Assembly: GCA_963833425.1 (NCBI GenBank)
Contig: CAWHXP010000002.1
Location: 32,001 to 96,000, forward strand
Direction: 5' to 3'
DNA: 64,000 nucleotides
Origin: an uncultured Methanosarcinaceae archaeon
GTDB taxonomy: Archaea; Halobacteriota; Methanosarcinia; Methanosarcinales; Methanosarcinaceae
This document shows, piece by piece, positions 37,236 to 49,284 of the stretch. A program made the position numbers and the translations under genes. The notes beneath the pieces were generated by a model. That model did not search any database and was not told the origin of the DNA. It saw only the letters and a list, made by a program, of their open reading frames with translations. Position 1 is the first letter of the stretch; the number at the start of each line of letters is the position of its first letter.

Positions 37236-39761
37236 ATGAAAGTAACGAAAAAAAAGTTGGCCTCCCATTGGTAGCTATAATGACAGCGTTAATTATTCTA
37301 TCATTAGCAATTCCAGCACTGACAGTCACTTCCTCAATGAGTTATACTTTAAATAAGGATTTCGATCAAGGAACGCTTGTAGGATTGGAACACAACACAG
37401 TACCGGATCAATTGCAGCTTTCTAATGTGACTACAACTTTTCCCTTTATGTGGATAGCTAACTCCGGGGAAGACACAATTTCCAAGTGGAATACGGATAC
37501 CAATAAAGAGGTGGCACGTTATAACACTTGGTTTGGCCTACCTGCAGATCATGATTCTTGGACTGGACCAGCACCATCAAGAACAGCCATAGATTCTCAG
37601 GGTAATTGCTACGTAGCTAACCGACACTTTGATGATAAACCTACCGATGTCATGAAGATCTTACTCAACGACTATATAGATCGCAATCATGATGGTAAGT
37701 TAAACACGTCTTATGATAAAAACGGCGATGGAAATATCACACCAGACGAAATGCTTCCCATGAATGATACAAACAAAAATGGGATAATTGACGACAACGA
37801 AATTAAAGATGAACGTGTCGCATGGGTTGTACAAGTGGGGGCAGATAATGGCTGGGGGCGTTCTTTGTCAATTGACAAAGACGGAAATCTATGGGTGGGG
37901 CTTTATAGTACACATCAATACTATGAGCTAAGCAGCGTTAATGGTTCTATTATAGCCGGACCGATTGACGTTAGTGACAATACTCCAGATGGATCATTCG
38001 TAGACAAACATGGAATATTGTGGGGCACTTCAGAAGATGGTGGTGGTTTGAATCCTACTCTATTAAAGTTAAATACCACAACCAAGGCAGTAAAAGTCTA
38101 TCACCTACCTGATAAATCATTAATTGACTATGGTATTGGACTCGCATACGATGCCAATGATAGTACGATTGTCTATTTAGGAGATTCGTCAGGTCAATCC
38201 TTTATCAAATTTGATTCGTCTACCGAAACTTTCAGCACTCCAGCAAAAAAAAAGTTTCCAGCGACAGGGGGTATCAATAGATTCGGATGGGAATATAGTT
38301 GTCTCCGATAGTATAGGTAACACGACAAAGTTTAGCCCCAACGGGACAGTAATTAGGGACGCCACATCACAGGTTACTTCTCCAAGTGATACACGTGGTC
38401 CTATCATGGACTCTAATGGCGATGTTTGGGTCGAACATAGACTAGCTAATAAATTGTCCAAGTTTAGAGGTTCAGATGGAACTCCTCTTGGTGTATTTGA
38501 TTGTGGTAAAAAGCCATATACTTATAGTGACGCCACCGGACTCTCACTACGTCACTCAATTGGTCCATTAGGTACCTGGTCTGTGGACTTTGATAGTGAA
38601 GCAGATAACAGCCATAGGGTACTGTTTCCTGGAACAGTAGTGAACCTACGGGGACATATGTCAAAGTTGAAGTTAGAAGCTCAAATGATGAAAATACATG
38701 GTCTGCTTGGGAGACTGTGGCAAATGGAGTCTCAATGAGTTCAACACCTCCTGGTAGATATCTACAGATTCAGACAACAATGCAGAGCCCCAGTGGAGAT
38801 GTATCTCCGGTTCTCTATGATCTTACTGTTAATGTAGGAAACCAACCACCTTCAGCCAATGCTGGTTCCAATCAGGTTGTTGAGCAGTCTAATCATGACG
38901 GTACTCCAGTAACTCTTGATGGATCAGGTTCCACAGATGACGGACTAATTTCACCATTGACATATACTTGGAAATGGGGTAATGGTGGATCAGCTACCGG
39001 TGTTAAACCTACTATATTCCTTCCTTTGGGGAAAACAACCGTAAACCTGACTGTCTTCGATGGACAGTTTTCGAGTACAGATACCGTTGACATAACTATA
39101 CAGGATACAACTCCACCAACATTAATATGTCCTAAAGATGTAACTGTTGAGCAAACTAATCTAGCTGGTACTCCAGTTAAATTACCAAATGCAACAGCCA
39201 CTGACATCTGTGACGCCAATGTTAAGATAACGAGTGATGCACCAGCAGTATTCCCACTTGGCGTTACAAAGGTTACGTTTACAGCAACAGATGCTTCAGG
39301 AAACAGAGCAACTGGTACAACAAATGTTACTGTACAGGATACAACTCCACCGACGATAACAGATTCAGGTAAACCAAAAATCCTTTGGCCCCCGAATCAT
39401 AAATATCAGACAGTTTCAATCTCTGATTTCGTTAGCTCAGTAAAGGATATTTGTGATGCTGGTGTGGGCATCAAAGATGTAAAAATCACATCTGTTAGCA
39501 GTGATGAACCTGAAAATGCTCCGGCCTTAGGTGATGGTAATACATTGAACGACATTGTTATCAAAGATCCTCAAACAGTTGATTTAAGAGCAGAAAGACA
39601 AGGAAACGGAAATGGTCGAGTGTACACGATTAATTATAAAGTTACGGATGCGTCAGGTAATACTGCAACAGGATCCTCTCATGTCTGGGTTCCCCATGAC
39701 ATTAGTAATCCCATAGCAATTGACGATGGTGCAGCCGCAGATACACAGTGAAGTACCCATA
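37236..39761 (+). CDS. large secreted beta-propeller + PKD + HYR-like surface protein, frameshifted into three ORFs
   Basis: Signal peptide, PSRTAID...VANR, YTYSDATG, PKD (ANAG...LDGSGS), DTTPP repeats, LWPPNHK, LRAERQGNGNGRVY. Confidence 0.8.
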
Positions 39762-39862
39762 AGTGAACAAATATGTTCTGTAATAAAGCAAAAGTGAAAA
39801 AAATGTTAACATAAAAGATGGGAAGAGGCACATCTCCCTATTTTCACTTTTTTATAGTAATT

Positions 39863-40681
39863 TTTCATTTAAAAGGGATTTTAATGAATTCCAGAAATGT
39901 CAATAAAGGAATCATTTTATTCGGTTTTATTCTTATCTTTCTGGTGGGATTGTTAGCTGTTAATATTTTTAGTATACATGGGAAAGCACTAGGTGCCCTT
40001 TCAATTAAAAATGCCTATACATTTAGTGAAAACTTTAGTGGAGGAGTTTTGAATCCACAAACATGGCAGATCACTCATGAAGGAGATTTTGAGGAAAGTA
40101 TAGTAGAAGTGTACGATGTTAATCCTTCGAAAAATGTTGATTATCGATTGAGATTGGGCATGAATACAATTGGTACAAGGGATGACACCGTAAAGTTCCT
40201 TGGAGTCAGAAGTGTAAATAAAGTAAATATTAGTGATGGAACAGAAATCTTATTCAATCTCGACTGGAACAACCAGAGCAATGGTTGTTATCTGAGTGGA
40301 TCGTTTTATCTCTGCCCTACTGCAACTGATGGAAATCCAGAAAACGAAAATAACTGGTTAAAATATGAATATATCGGTGTTCCTCCTGGGCAAAATGCTC
40401 GTTGTGCTGTCGCCAACAAAGTTGATGGGAATATAAGGTTATTATATACTGATGGTTGGCCTGAGGAGCGGACTGGCAGACATATTGCAGATCAGCGTAT
40501 AAAGATAATATTGGATAATAAGATTCTTAAAGTTTTGGAAAATGGCAGAGAGTTAAATACTTCCAAGCTACAAGATTTGAACTTTTCATCGGCTTATATA
40601 TATTTACAAATGAGTGGTCACAGCAATTATCATATGCGAAAACTTTATTTCGACGACATTACAGTTACAAAACATAGTTAA
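39863..40681 (+). CDS. hypothetical membrane-anchored/secreted protein
   Basis: N-terminal hydrophobic helix and beta-rich body. Confidence 0.7.
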   Translation, partial: FHLKGILMNSRNVNKGIILFGFILIFLVGLLAVNIFSIHGKALGALSIKNAYTFSENFSGGVLNPQTWQITHEGDFEESIVEVYDVNPSKNVDYRLRLGMNTIGTRDDTVKFLGVRSVNKVNISDGTEILFNLDWNNQSNGCYLSGSFYLCPTATDGNPENENNWLKYEYIGVPPGQNARCAVANKVDGNIRLLYTDGWPEERTGRHIADQRIKIILDNKILKVLENGRELNTSKLQDLNFSSAYIYLQMSGHSNYHMRKLYFDDITVTKHS

Positions 40682-41523
40682 TGTATGTCCATAAATTAAT
40701 TTAAAATATTTATCGTTTAAAAAGTAGGTTAATTATTCATATCTAAACTGCGAATAAAAAAATTGAAGTTTTTCATCCATTTTCTAATGATACACTAGCA
40801 TCACCTACAGGGGACCACTATCCCAAATTAGAACTTGTATTCCCTGTGTAAGTTGAAGCATCGTAAAAGTAGCTAATTGTGAGAACAGAATCAAATATTA
40901 TCAATATTTAGTTTCGCAAGAATCAAAAATGCAAAAAGCAGCTTTAAATTTTTTAAAAAATTTTGAGAAATTCGTCTCTTTATACTAAGTGAGGCCGATA
41001 TTTAAAGAGAAAATAGTTTTGATGAACCCCACTTCTGTCCAATTAGTTATATAATAATTAATAGAAATAAACAACAGCCTATCTGACACTCCATGAATTC
41101 ATGAACTTCTATGCTAATTCAACCAATCTAATAAAACCATACTCTTGTCTCGCCACCGAAGTATAAAATTAACCATTATGTCAAAAAAGGTTCATTTTTA
41201 ATTATGTACTCAGATTTGAAGCTCATTTTCGCTGGGAAATATGTTTATGAAAGTGAGTCTACAAGCCAAGTTTTCTGTATTATGGGATCTGTAGACAATT
41301 TTGGATCCCTTTAAGGAATATGTCCCACTCCCAACATATGTGCACAAGAAAGCTATCTATTCTCTCAGTATGAAAGTAGATTGAAAACGGATTCAATTTT
41401 CAATGAGGAATAGTTGTTAAGTAAGCAAACAAATTATACATCTGTTTAGATCTGCGGCATATAGGCGACAAAAAGGTCTGTTCAATTGTATCGACTCAAC
41501 GAATGGAAATAATTAAAGGGACA

Positions 41524-41582
41524 AAAAAGCTGGAGGCTTCCTTTCATCCCGATCATAAGGGTAGGGAAGAAAGGAAGCCTCC
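41524..41582 (-). terminator. 14-bp stem hairpin followed by T-run downstream of the esterase
   Basis: GGAGGCTTCCTTTC...GAAAGGAAGCCTCC, then AGCTTTTTT on minus. Confidence 0.6.
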
Positions 41583-41679
41583 GCTCTCCCAAAGTGGCAA
41601 ACAGTTGCTATGGGGGAAACAAAAGTATTTTTGGAAGGCTGTAAATGCTCTCTAATTTATTGAAGAATCCGTCGCTTAA

Positions 41680-42648
41680 CTACTCATTGCCAAAATAATT
41701 CCTAAGGTTCTCATTCACTAGCCCGATTGCGCTGCAAGTTGCAGGTGTGCCCGCAAGTGCGTTTAACATCACGAAATCATGTATTGTTCCAAGGTATCGA
41801 ACGGCTGTGACATTGACCCCGGCTTGAATCAGCTTATGAGCATACGCCTCACCCTCGTCGCGGAGGACATCATTTTCATCAGTGATTATCAGAGCTGGTG
41901 GCTGCCCCTTGAGTTGGTCAATCGAGGCTTGTAGCGGGGATGCTGTTGGCTGCTTGCGTGCTCCTTCGTCGGGTAAATAATTATCCCAAAACCACTTCAT
42001 CGCCTCACGGGTAAGCCAGATATCGGTTGCAAACTGTTGGTAAGACTGGGTATCAAAATTAGCATCTGTCACAGGATAAAAGAGTACCTGATAGCTAATT
42101 TTCGGGCCGCTCCGCTCCTTTGCCAGTAGTAACACAGCTGCTGCCATGTTTCCGCCTACGCTGTCACCAGCCACAACTAATTTTGAAGTATCCATATTGA
42201 AGTTTTTCCCATTCTCTGCAAAATATTTTGTCGCTGCATATGCTTCTTCGATGGGTTCGGGGTACTTTTCTTCGGGAGACGGCGTGAAATTGACAAATAC
42301 AACTGCAGCATTGGCTCCATTAGAGATTTCTCGAATCAATCGATCATGCGTATTTTTGTCCCCAAGCACCCAGCCACCGCCATGGAAGTACATAACGACT
42401 GGCAAAATCCCTTTGTTTCCTTTTGGTCTGATAATTCTAATCGAAATTTGCCCCTTCGGGCCAACTGGAATATTGAGATCTTCGATGTCTGCCGGCAGTT
42501 TTGCCGTCTCAGTAGTAGCTTGTAAATCGTCAAGTACTTTGCGTGCATCTCTCGGAGAGAGTTTGTAAATTGGTGTTCCATTCTGCTTGTTTATTTTTTC
42601 TACAAATGCTTTTGTTGTTGGCTCGAGTAAGTCAATGGTTAAATTCAT
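41680..42648 (-). CDS. HSL-family alpha/beta hydrolase (esterase)
   Basis: HGGGW, GDSVGG, DVLRDEG, HDF. Confidence 0.93.
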   Translation of the reverse strand: MNLTIDLLEPTTKAFVEKINKQNGTPIYKLSPRDARKVLDDLQATTETAKLPADIEDLNIPVGPKGQISIRIIRPKGNKGILPVVMYFHGGGWVLGDKNTHDRLIREISNGANAAVVFVNFTPSPEEKYPEPIEEAYAATKYFAENGKNFNMDTSKLVVAGDSVGGNMAAAVLLLAKERSGPKISYQVLFYPVTDANFDTQSYQQFATDIWLTREAMKWFWDNYLPDEGARKQPTASPLQASIDQLKGQPPALIITDENDVLRDEGEAYAHKLIQAGVNVTAVRYLGTIHDFVMLNALAGTPATCSAIGLVNENLRNYFGNE

Positions 42649-42879
42649 GATGATCCCTTAAAGCTTGCTTTTTAGTAAGTACATAATATAGCTAAAAAAA
42701 TATAATATCATAATAGACATTCTGCAGATATGCGCTAAGTTTAAAATTTATTTGTCTGTTTGCCCACTATTATTCATTAAAAGTTATATTAATTTTGGAA
42801 CTGCTACTATAATTGAGAAACTAAATGGTTTTTTTGTGTATATCTCTGAAAAGTTGCATGAAATATAGTAAATTATTAA

Positions 42880-42967
42880 GAGTTTTTCAATAAACCTTTG
42901 ATTTTCATTAGTTATTAGTATCTCATTTATAGTTATACGACAGAATTTAAGGACTTATAAAATCCTC
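42880..42967. mobile_element. MITE copy (degenerate)
   Basis: GAGTTTTTCAATAAA...TTATAAAATCCTC. Confidence 0.6.
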
Positions 42968-43045
42968 TTAAATAAATTAATCTATAGAGATTCAGTGCTA
43001 TACGCTTCTGTTTGCAGGATTTTCTTTTGTAAAGGAACATTTTCT

Positions 43046-43357
43046 TCAATCACAATTCTCGATTTTTACATCCACTAATTTTTCTAAAGGTTGTTGATAA
43101 GGTACTGTGACTTTAAGCACACCATTTGTGTATTTAGCAACTGCTTTTTCCGGGTTTACCGGGCAGCAGGTCGAATAACTGTCAAGATACTGAACTCCCG
43201 CTTTCCTAGCAGCTACATAAAAACTGTCTTCAGTAATCTTAAAAGAAATATCTTTCTTTTCAACTCCTGGGAGAACTACTTCAATTAGAAGGTTTTCGTA
43301 ATTGTCGTCAGGATATGTACAGATAACCGGTGATAATCTCAAAGTGTCTGCCATCAT
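43046..43357 (-). CDS. Hsp20/alpha-crystallin family protein
   Basis: LPGVEKKDI, AKYTNGVLKVTVP. Confidence 0.88.
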   Translation of the reverse strand: MMADTLRLSPVICTYPDDNYENLLIEVVLPGVEKKDISFKITEDSFYVAARKAGVQYLDSYSTCCPVNPEKAVAKYTNGVLKVTVPYQQPLEKLVDVKIENCD

Positions 43358-43899
43358 ATTGCCTCAAAATATTCATATTTGATTAAGTAATCCATTAACG
43401 TTAAATTGGCTACTTCAGCAGGTTCTTATCTCTGCTACATTAACTATGTGGTAGATACGAAAAGTGAATGTAGCAAACTCACATATAAATTGAATGTCAA
43501 AATTTTAAATATCAAAGTAAAAAACTTGAAACATACAAATTCCAATATTGTCATTTTGTTGAACTTATTTGCTTATTTCATCATTTCCTGGACCTTTCTG
43601 ATGTCGGCTATAGCTTTCTTCTTCAGCTCGATCATTTTTTCATGATGCATAATTTAACTACCCCTTTTATGTGTATTCATAAAACAAACTTTAATATAGT
43701 GCCCTAGGACCATTGATCAAATCTGAAACATGAGTGATCCCCATTTTTGGGGAAATGTAAAGATGATCTTGCGCTCACGATTTTCAACAAAGTGTAGACA
43801 CGATTAATTCTGTCTAACTAACTACTTAATTTTTTTAATTAAGGTGTTTTTTAGTAAAAGAAATACATTTCTTTATTACCGTTGTATTATTGATAAGGG

Positions 43900-43976
43900 T
43901 AGGAATTCCGATAAACCCACATTTTTGGTTGGTTGTCTTTAAAGCGAATCTAATCCAGGGATTTATCAAAATTCTC
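43900..43976. mobile_element. MITE copy (short)
   Basis: GGAATTCCGATAAA...TTTATCAAAATTCTC. Confidence 0.6.
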
Positions 43977-44847
43977 TACTATTATCCCATATACTCACAC
44001 ATTCTACAGATCATCCCTCACTCTTTATCTGTTCGCTTTAAGCTACAATTACAATTAACCACTTCATTATTTTAAATTAATTATACAAAAAATCGTTTAT
44101 GAATAAAAATTGCTTCCCAATATAATATTTTAAAACCGAAAAATAATTTTATATTAATTATGTTTTTATTATTTTAGGATATATTCACAAATTTAACATT
44201 AAGCTTTTTTTCCCTCCCTTTAAGAGTCAATAAATATTGATTCTAAATCAAATTCTAGATTTTAAGAGCCAAATCAGGCTATTAAAACACTTTATAGATA
44301 AAATAACTAACGTTCTTCCAATTTGAATCATTTTGTTATGTGGGGATAACTTCAGTATTAATAATATAAAGTTTTTAAATTTTTGAATGTATTCTACAAT
44401 AATATTCAAAAATTACTACCAGTTTCATGCATATATATTGTCAGATATAATCCTAATTGCGAAAGAATGAAAAAAAATAGATTGATCAATCTTTGCACCA
44501 ATGCGTACGTAATAAATGATTTTTTTATAATACAATTTCCTCGAATTAATCTAAATTTAAAATAGATATCATTAGGGGTTATTATAATTTGTTTATGCGT
44601 TTCTCAGACTTCTTTTCAATTTACTCGGATGTAATCGATAGAAACTTGTATATTCCTGAAAGCTATGGAATTGGCGAATTATAATAAATTTAGACAAATA
44701 TTAAGATATATTCCCAGATTTTAAATAATAAGGTAGTGATTTTTTATTTTTGTACCATGCTTCTGTTTCTAGGATTGTTCATCTTTTTCAAGAACAATTA
44801 TCAAATGTTGAAATGGGAATAAATACTAAAACAACCGTCTATTATAC

Positions 44848-45099
44848 ATGGTATTAACTGAAATTCTAGTATTAGTCGTTGCTTTAGTAGTGGCGTTCTT
44901 TTTGTATAATTTGTTTGACAATCTGGTTCATCTTGGAATTCATGCAGTGATTGGTCTAGCAATTTTATACATAGCAAGGTTTTTCGGCTTAAAAGTTGCA
45001 ATATCTATATGGACAATCCTTATTTGTGCATTAGGTGGTAGTATTGGTGCAGTAATTGTCATTATACTGAGCTATCTCAAATTCGCCTTTGTGGGATAA
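44848..45099 (+). CDS. BofA-like small membrane protein
   Basis: Three hydrophobic segments; HAVIGL...TILICALGGSIG pattern. Confidence 0.7.
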   Translation: MVLTEILVLVVALVVAFFLYNLFDNLVHLGIHAVIGLAILYIARFFGLKVAISIWTILICALGGSIGAVIVIILSYLKFAFVG

Positions 45100-45328
45100 A
45101 TAACATTAAAATGGATACCATTGGATTCAATAGCAATGGAAGGCAAAAAGAATTTATCTAAATAGATTAAATAAATCCGATTTGTTGGGAAAGTGTAGCT
45201 AAAGTTCTGTAAAATATGATTGGCTCTTTACCCTTTTCTTTCAATGCAAAAAGTAAAATGCAGAGTCAATAATTTTACTGATAAAGCTTCTATTCCTATT
45301 GTTTTCACTGATGTATAGGTTTGAAAGT

Positions 45329-45430
45329 AAAACATACTTATATTCTCAACGTTAACTTTCATTACAATTTTTTGCACTAATACCTAACTTACAAGCTTAA
45401 GAGTATAGAGAAACGCAGATCAATTTAATT
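45329..45430. repeat. dispersed repeat, second copy at 59606-59710
   Basis: TTTTTGCACTA...ACAAGCTTAAGAG-ATAGA-AAACGCA in both. Confidence 0.7.
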
Positions 45431-46139
45431 GTAAACATACTAGTTTTTTAAGTCCAATTTGCTTTTTGATTATAAATCCTAATTATAAATATTATGTTCT
45501 CTTCATGAGTATCATGTAGAATACTCTCTGGTTTAGATGTGATCCTCATATAAAAGTTGTAAATATAAACAAGGAATAGCCACTTATAGGTTCAATGTAA
45601 GATTCTGATTCGATGGCAATGGGTAAGTATGCTGGCCCCCACAAAATAAATCATAGAGTCGCTAAATTTATTGATTTTTCCAAAAATAGGGCTAGTCTGG
45701 GGAAATAGGGTAATAAGAACTCTTTCATGGGTATTAAAGGGGTTTTAATACTTTCTTTACACACACTGGGCATATAATCGATAGAAACTAGTATATTCCT
45801 AATCTATGGAATTATCAAGTTTACAGATAAAATAGGCAAAAATCTGGTTCTTCGCAGTTTTGTGCAAATTGAAAATAATTATCCGGTGATATGGCACCAT
45901 CATCTTTCACAGGAACAAGAATATAGTAATAAATATTCTTTAAAAAAATTGGGATATATAGTAGATTCTACAAAAAATATATACGCTGTCTAAATTTTTA
46001 GTACTATTTATTCATTTGAGTCTGTCTTTATATCTTTTATTTTTACCATATTATGGTGGTACATACCTTAAAATTTTTCCTTTAATGCTAACACTTTCCT
46101 TCCTTCTAAAGCATCCTCTTCTATTTTCGAATACTTGAA

Positions 46140-46976
46140 TTACGTGACAGTAATTTTGCTTAATCTCCACCGTGAAATAAGAAACATTATTCCTGCAAAG
46201 GCTACAAGAGCCAGGAATGAAACAAGAACATCTCTCGGAGTATAAGTGTAATGGATCCCTATTGATGAGAAATCACCTCCGATTGTAAAATATCTGATCA
46301 CACTGATGAGATGATTGAGTGGATTGATTGCAGACAGGGCTCTGAGTACAGGGGGAAAAGAGTTCACAGGGTAAAGTGCATTGCTAGCGAAAAAGAAAGG
46401 CATGGTCAGAAGAGTTATTACAGCCTGCATACCCTCTGGACTTTCCATAGTTATTGCGATCGCAACTGAAAGGAAAAGAAATCCGAGAGAAAATATCCCT
46501 ATAAAAAGCATAATTCCAAACAATGAAACAAGAACTTGTAGTTGAGTATAACCTTCAAAAAATTGTACTCCCAGTAGAAGTCCAAAAATCATGATAGTAG
46601 CTGACTGAATAAAAGACTTGATCATACCTGAAAGTCCTATTCCTAGAATGATATGGATCCTTGGCAGGGGGCTTGCAAGAGTCTCTCGCATAAGTCCCCA
46701 GTTTTTATCGAAGAGCAACACAGTCCCCCCTAAGAGACTCGTAAAAAGCGTGGTCATGGCAATAACGCCTGCACCTATGAAGGTCAGGTAGCCTACAGTC
46801 CTGACACCTGGGATCGCTGGCAAAGTTGCTGTCAGTCTATCAAAGTTATTTGACATCGCAATTCCAAAAAAAGCTAGCCATAGGGCCGGCTGGATAAGTG
46901 TAGCGAACAGGAGGGCTCGGAATCGGACAAATCTTAGCATGTCCCGCCAAAATATAGTAAGAAATCCCATATGCAT
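46140..46976 (-). CDS. ABC-2 type (DrrB-like) permease
   Basis: Six TM segments, ETLASPLPR, FASNALYP...INPL. Confidence 0.9.
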   Translation of the reverse strand: MHMGFLTIFWRDMLRFVRFRALLFATLIQPALWLAFFGIAMSNNFDRLTATLPAIPGVRTVGYLTFIGAGVIAMTTLFTSLLGGTVLLFDKNWGLMRETLASPLPRIHIILGIGLSGMIKSFIQSATIMIFGLLLGVQFFEGYTQLQVLVSLFGIMLFIGIFSLGFLFLSVAIAITMESPEGMQAVITLLTMPFFFASNALYPVNSFPPVLRALSAINPLNHLISVIRYFTIGGDFSSIGIHYTYTPRDVLVSFLALVAFAGIMFLISRWRLSKITVT

Positions 46977-47850
46977 ATCTTAATGTCCTCTTGCCTTCAA
47001 AGATATCTCGTGAACCTTCGGTTTCTGCATCTCTTACTTTCTTCAAGTATAATGAATAAAAACGGCATCCATTGACTGTTTTTGAGATTTACGTCCTTTA
47101 AAGTAATTCCACCAGTTCGAAGTTTATCAGTGATCTCGTGCAGCATATATGTGACATCCACATTGACAATAATAACTATTCACTTCGTTTTTTAACTCCC
47201 TGGGCTCGCCTGCGACAATTATCTAACCTGATTTATATAGCTTATCCTATCGATGAGCTGGTCAACTTCATCAATATAATAGGTTGTCAGGAAAATGGTT
47301 GTGATCTGTTGGTTTATCTATTTTGCATAATCCAATATTCTTGTCCTTCTCTTAAGATCGAGCCCGAGTGTAGGCTCGTCAATAAAAAACACTTTGTCTG
47401 GGTCATAAGCCCTCTTGAATCTCAAGCTTCTTTTCATTCCACCGCTTAGATGTCTTGTTAGAATATTCTGTTTTCCTCTGAGCTCAACCACGTCAAGAAG
47501 TTAACAACCAGCGCATGTCTTGCAATTTTTGCCATATAATAAAATTTTCCATGATATTCTAGAATCCCCTCACCGTCAGATCCTCGAGGGTCAGCTTCTG
47601 AAAAACTATCCATTTTGCCTCCCTTACTTTTTCAGGCTCTGTTATAAGATCCTACTCCCCAATACTTAGCTGCCATTCGGCGTAGGTAAAAGGATGGAAG
47701 GGACATTAATCACGGTACTTTTTCCCTGCTGCATTTGACCCCAGAAATGAAATTTTTTACCCCTTCTTGGTTATAAAACTGATATTGTAGATCGCCTCTA
47801 CCTCGTCGAAAAAATACTCATGGTCCTTTATATATATTATTATCTCCCAT
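46966..47850 (-). pseudogene. ABC ATP-binding subunit, heavily decayed
   Basis: Walker A remnant GSNAAGKST, SGGMK signature, FIDEPTLG; many stops and indels. Confidence 0.8.
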
Positions 47851-48059
47851 ATACAATCAATCATCTACTTTTTCTTCTAAGGAAAATTGAAATTTCAATA
47901 TAAATAGATCTTTTGTTGCTAGGGAATTTTGGGCAGTTTACCGAAAGTTCAGTAATGATATAATGGGAATTTTTCATAAACCAACAATAATCGGCAACAT
48001 TCGCAGAAAAATTTTATATACTTAAAAACTTAATCAGTGTCTAGCAAGTAATTTATGAG

Positions 48060-48353
48060 GTGATCTTAATATCCAACATGAGAAATTTTGTTTTACGAGG
48101 AAAAGACGGCAATGAACAGGGAATTTTCACTGGAAAACAGCCTCGTCAAGCTGCTCTGAAAGCTGCGAATCGAGGCGAGGGGACAAAGTCAAAACCGGAG
48201 ATTATCCGTCTCAGAGAACGCGGAACAAAGAAAGTACATGTTTTCAAGGCATGGAAGCAAATTGTCGAAGCTCCCAAAAATAGGCCTAGCTGGATGCCAG
48301 AAAAAATTAACAAGCCCTTTGTTAAAAAAGAAAAAATAGAAACAATCGAATAA
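48060..48353 (+). CDS. chromosomal protein MC1
   Basis: FTGKQPRQAALKAA, LRERGTKKVHVF, WMPEKI. Confidence 0.95.
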   Translation: MILISNMRNFVLRGKDGNEQGIFTGKQPRQAALKAANRGEGTKSKPEIIRLRERGTKKVHVFKAWKQIVEAPKNRPSWMPEKINKPFVKKEKIETIE

Positions 48354-48666
48354 ATATAGTTTTTCTTATATGCCCTGAATATCGGGGTTTTTTCATTTCT
48401 TTTTGATATTCATAAACGGAATTAGCCTGAAAATGTCTTTAATAGTTGGGCCTGTTTGATTGAACAACGCTTTTTTCCTGCAAATTCAGTGTTTCAGTCC
48501 ATAAATCCAAAAATCACTATATTTTTGGCCAGAGTCTATAAGATTGAATTTTTATTTTATCAATTATCTCCGGGTTTACTAATCATGATAGTAAGCAAAG
48601 CGTTCCTCGTTGAATTTTGTAAGCAGATGAAAATATTATGTGCTCTGACAATGATTTCATCCTAGT

Positions 48667-49214
48667 TTTAATTTGATTTCTCCGCGGATTGACTTTTCCC
48701 ACTTCTTCTCAAGATCTTGCGCAGGCTTTATAGAATTCGTAAATGCAGAGTGAGCTCTCCTTATTAACACTCTCATACTTCCTACAACGGTAACGCCAAG
48801 ATTTCTGAGAACGCCATTAAAGTATTTATTACTTTATCATCGCCGCTTCGCCCTACTGTGCATACCGAGCAACCAAATTTTCAGTCCAGCATCTGGCAGT
48901 GAATAGCATATGAAAATCGATCGAAAAGAGCTTTCATTGAAGCAAGAACAGAATTAATGTAAGTCGAAGCCCCAAAGAAGCTCCGTTGGCATTAAAAATA
49001 TTTCCAACTAATCGTCTCATTGTCATCGAATAAGGAACAATGACTGTGCATAACAGGCTTATCATCCATTTCAATATTCGATATGCAGTTTATAGAGATT
49101 TATATGCTTAGTTTCTGCCTCTTCAGTTTCAGCACCTTCGAGGACAAGATTTAACAGTTTTCAAGGTGTTACTCGCATTGCCCTTGGACTTGCATTACTT
49201 CCAATGATTTTCAT
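48667..49214 (-). pseudogene. flavodoxin-like/iron-sulfur flavoprotein relic
   Basis: MKIIGSNASPR, ASTYINSV..MKALFDR, GCSVCTVG fragments. Confidence 0.7.
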
Positions 49215-49284
49215 TTAGTTTTCTTGATGAAATACTTCAAAATAAAGATTATTTTGCCGTTTTTTTACCTTCTGCATCTATACC

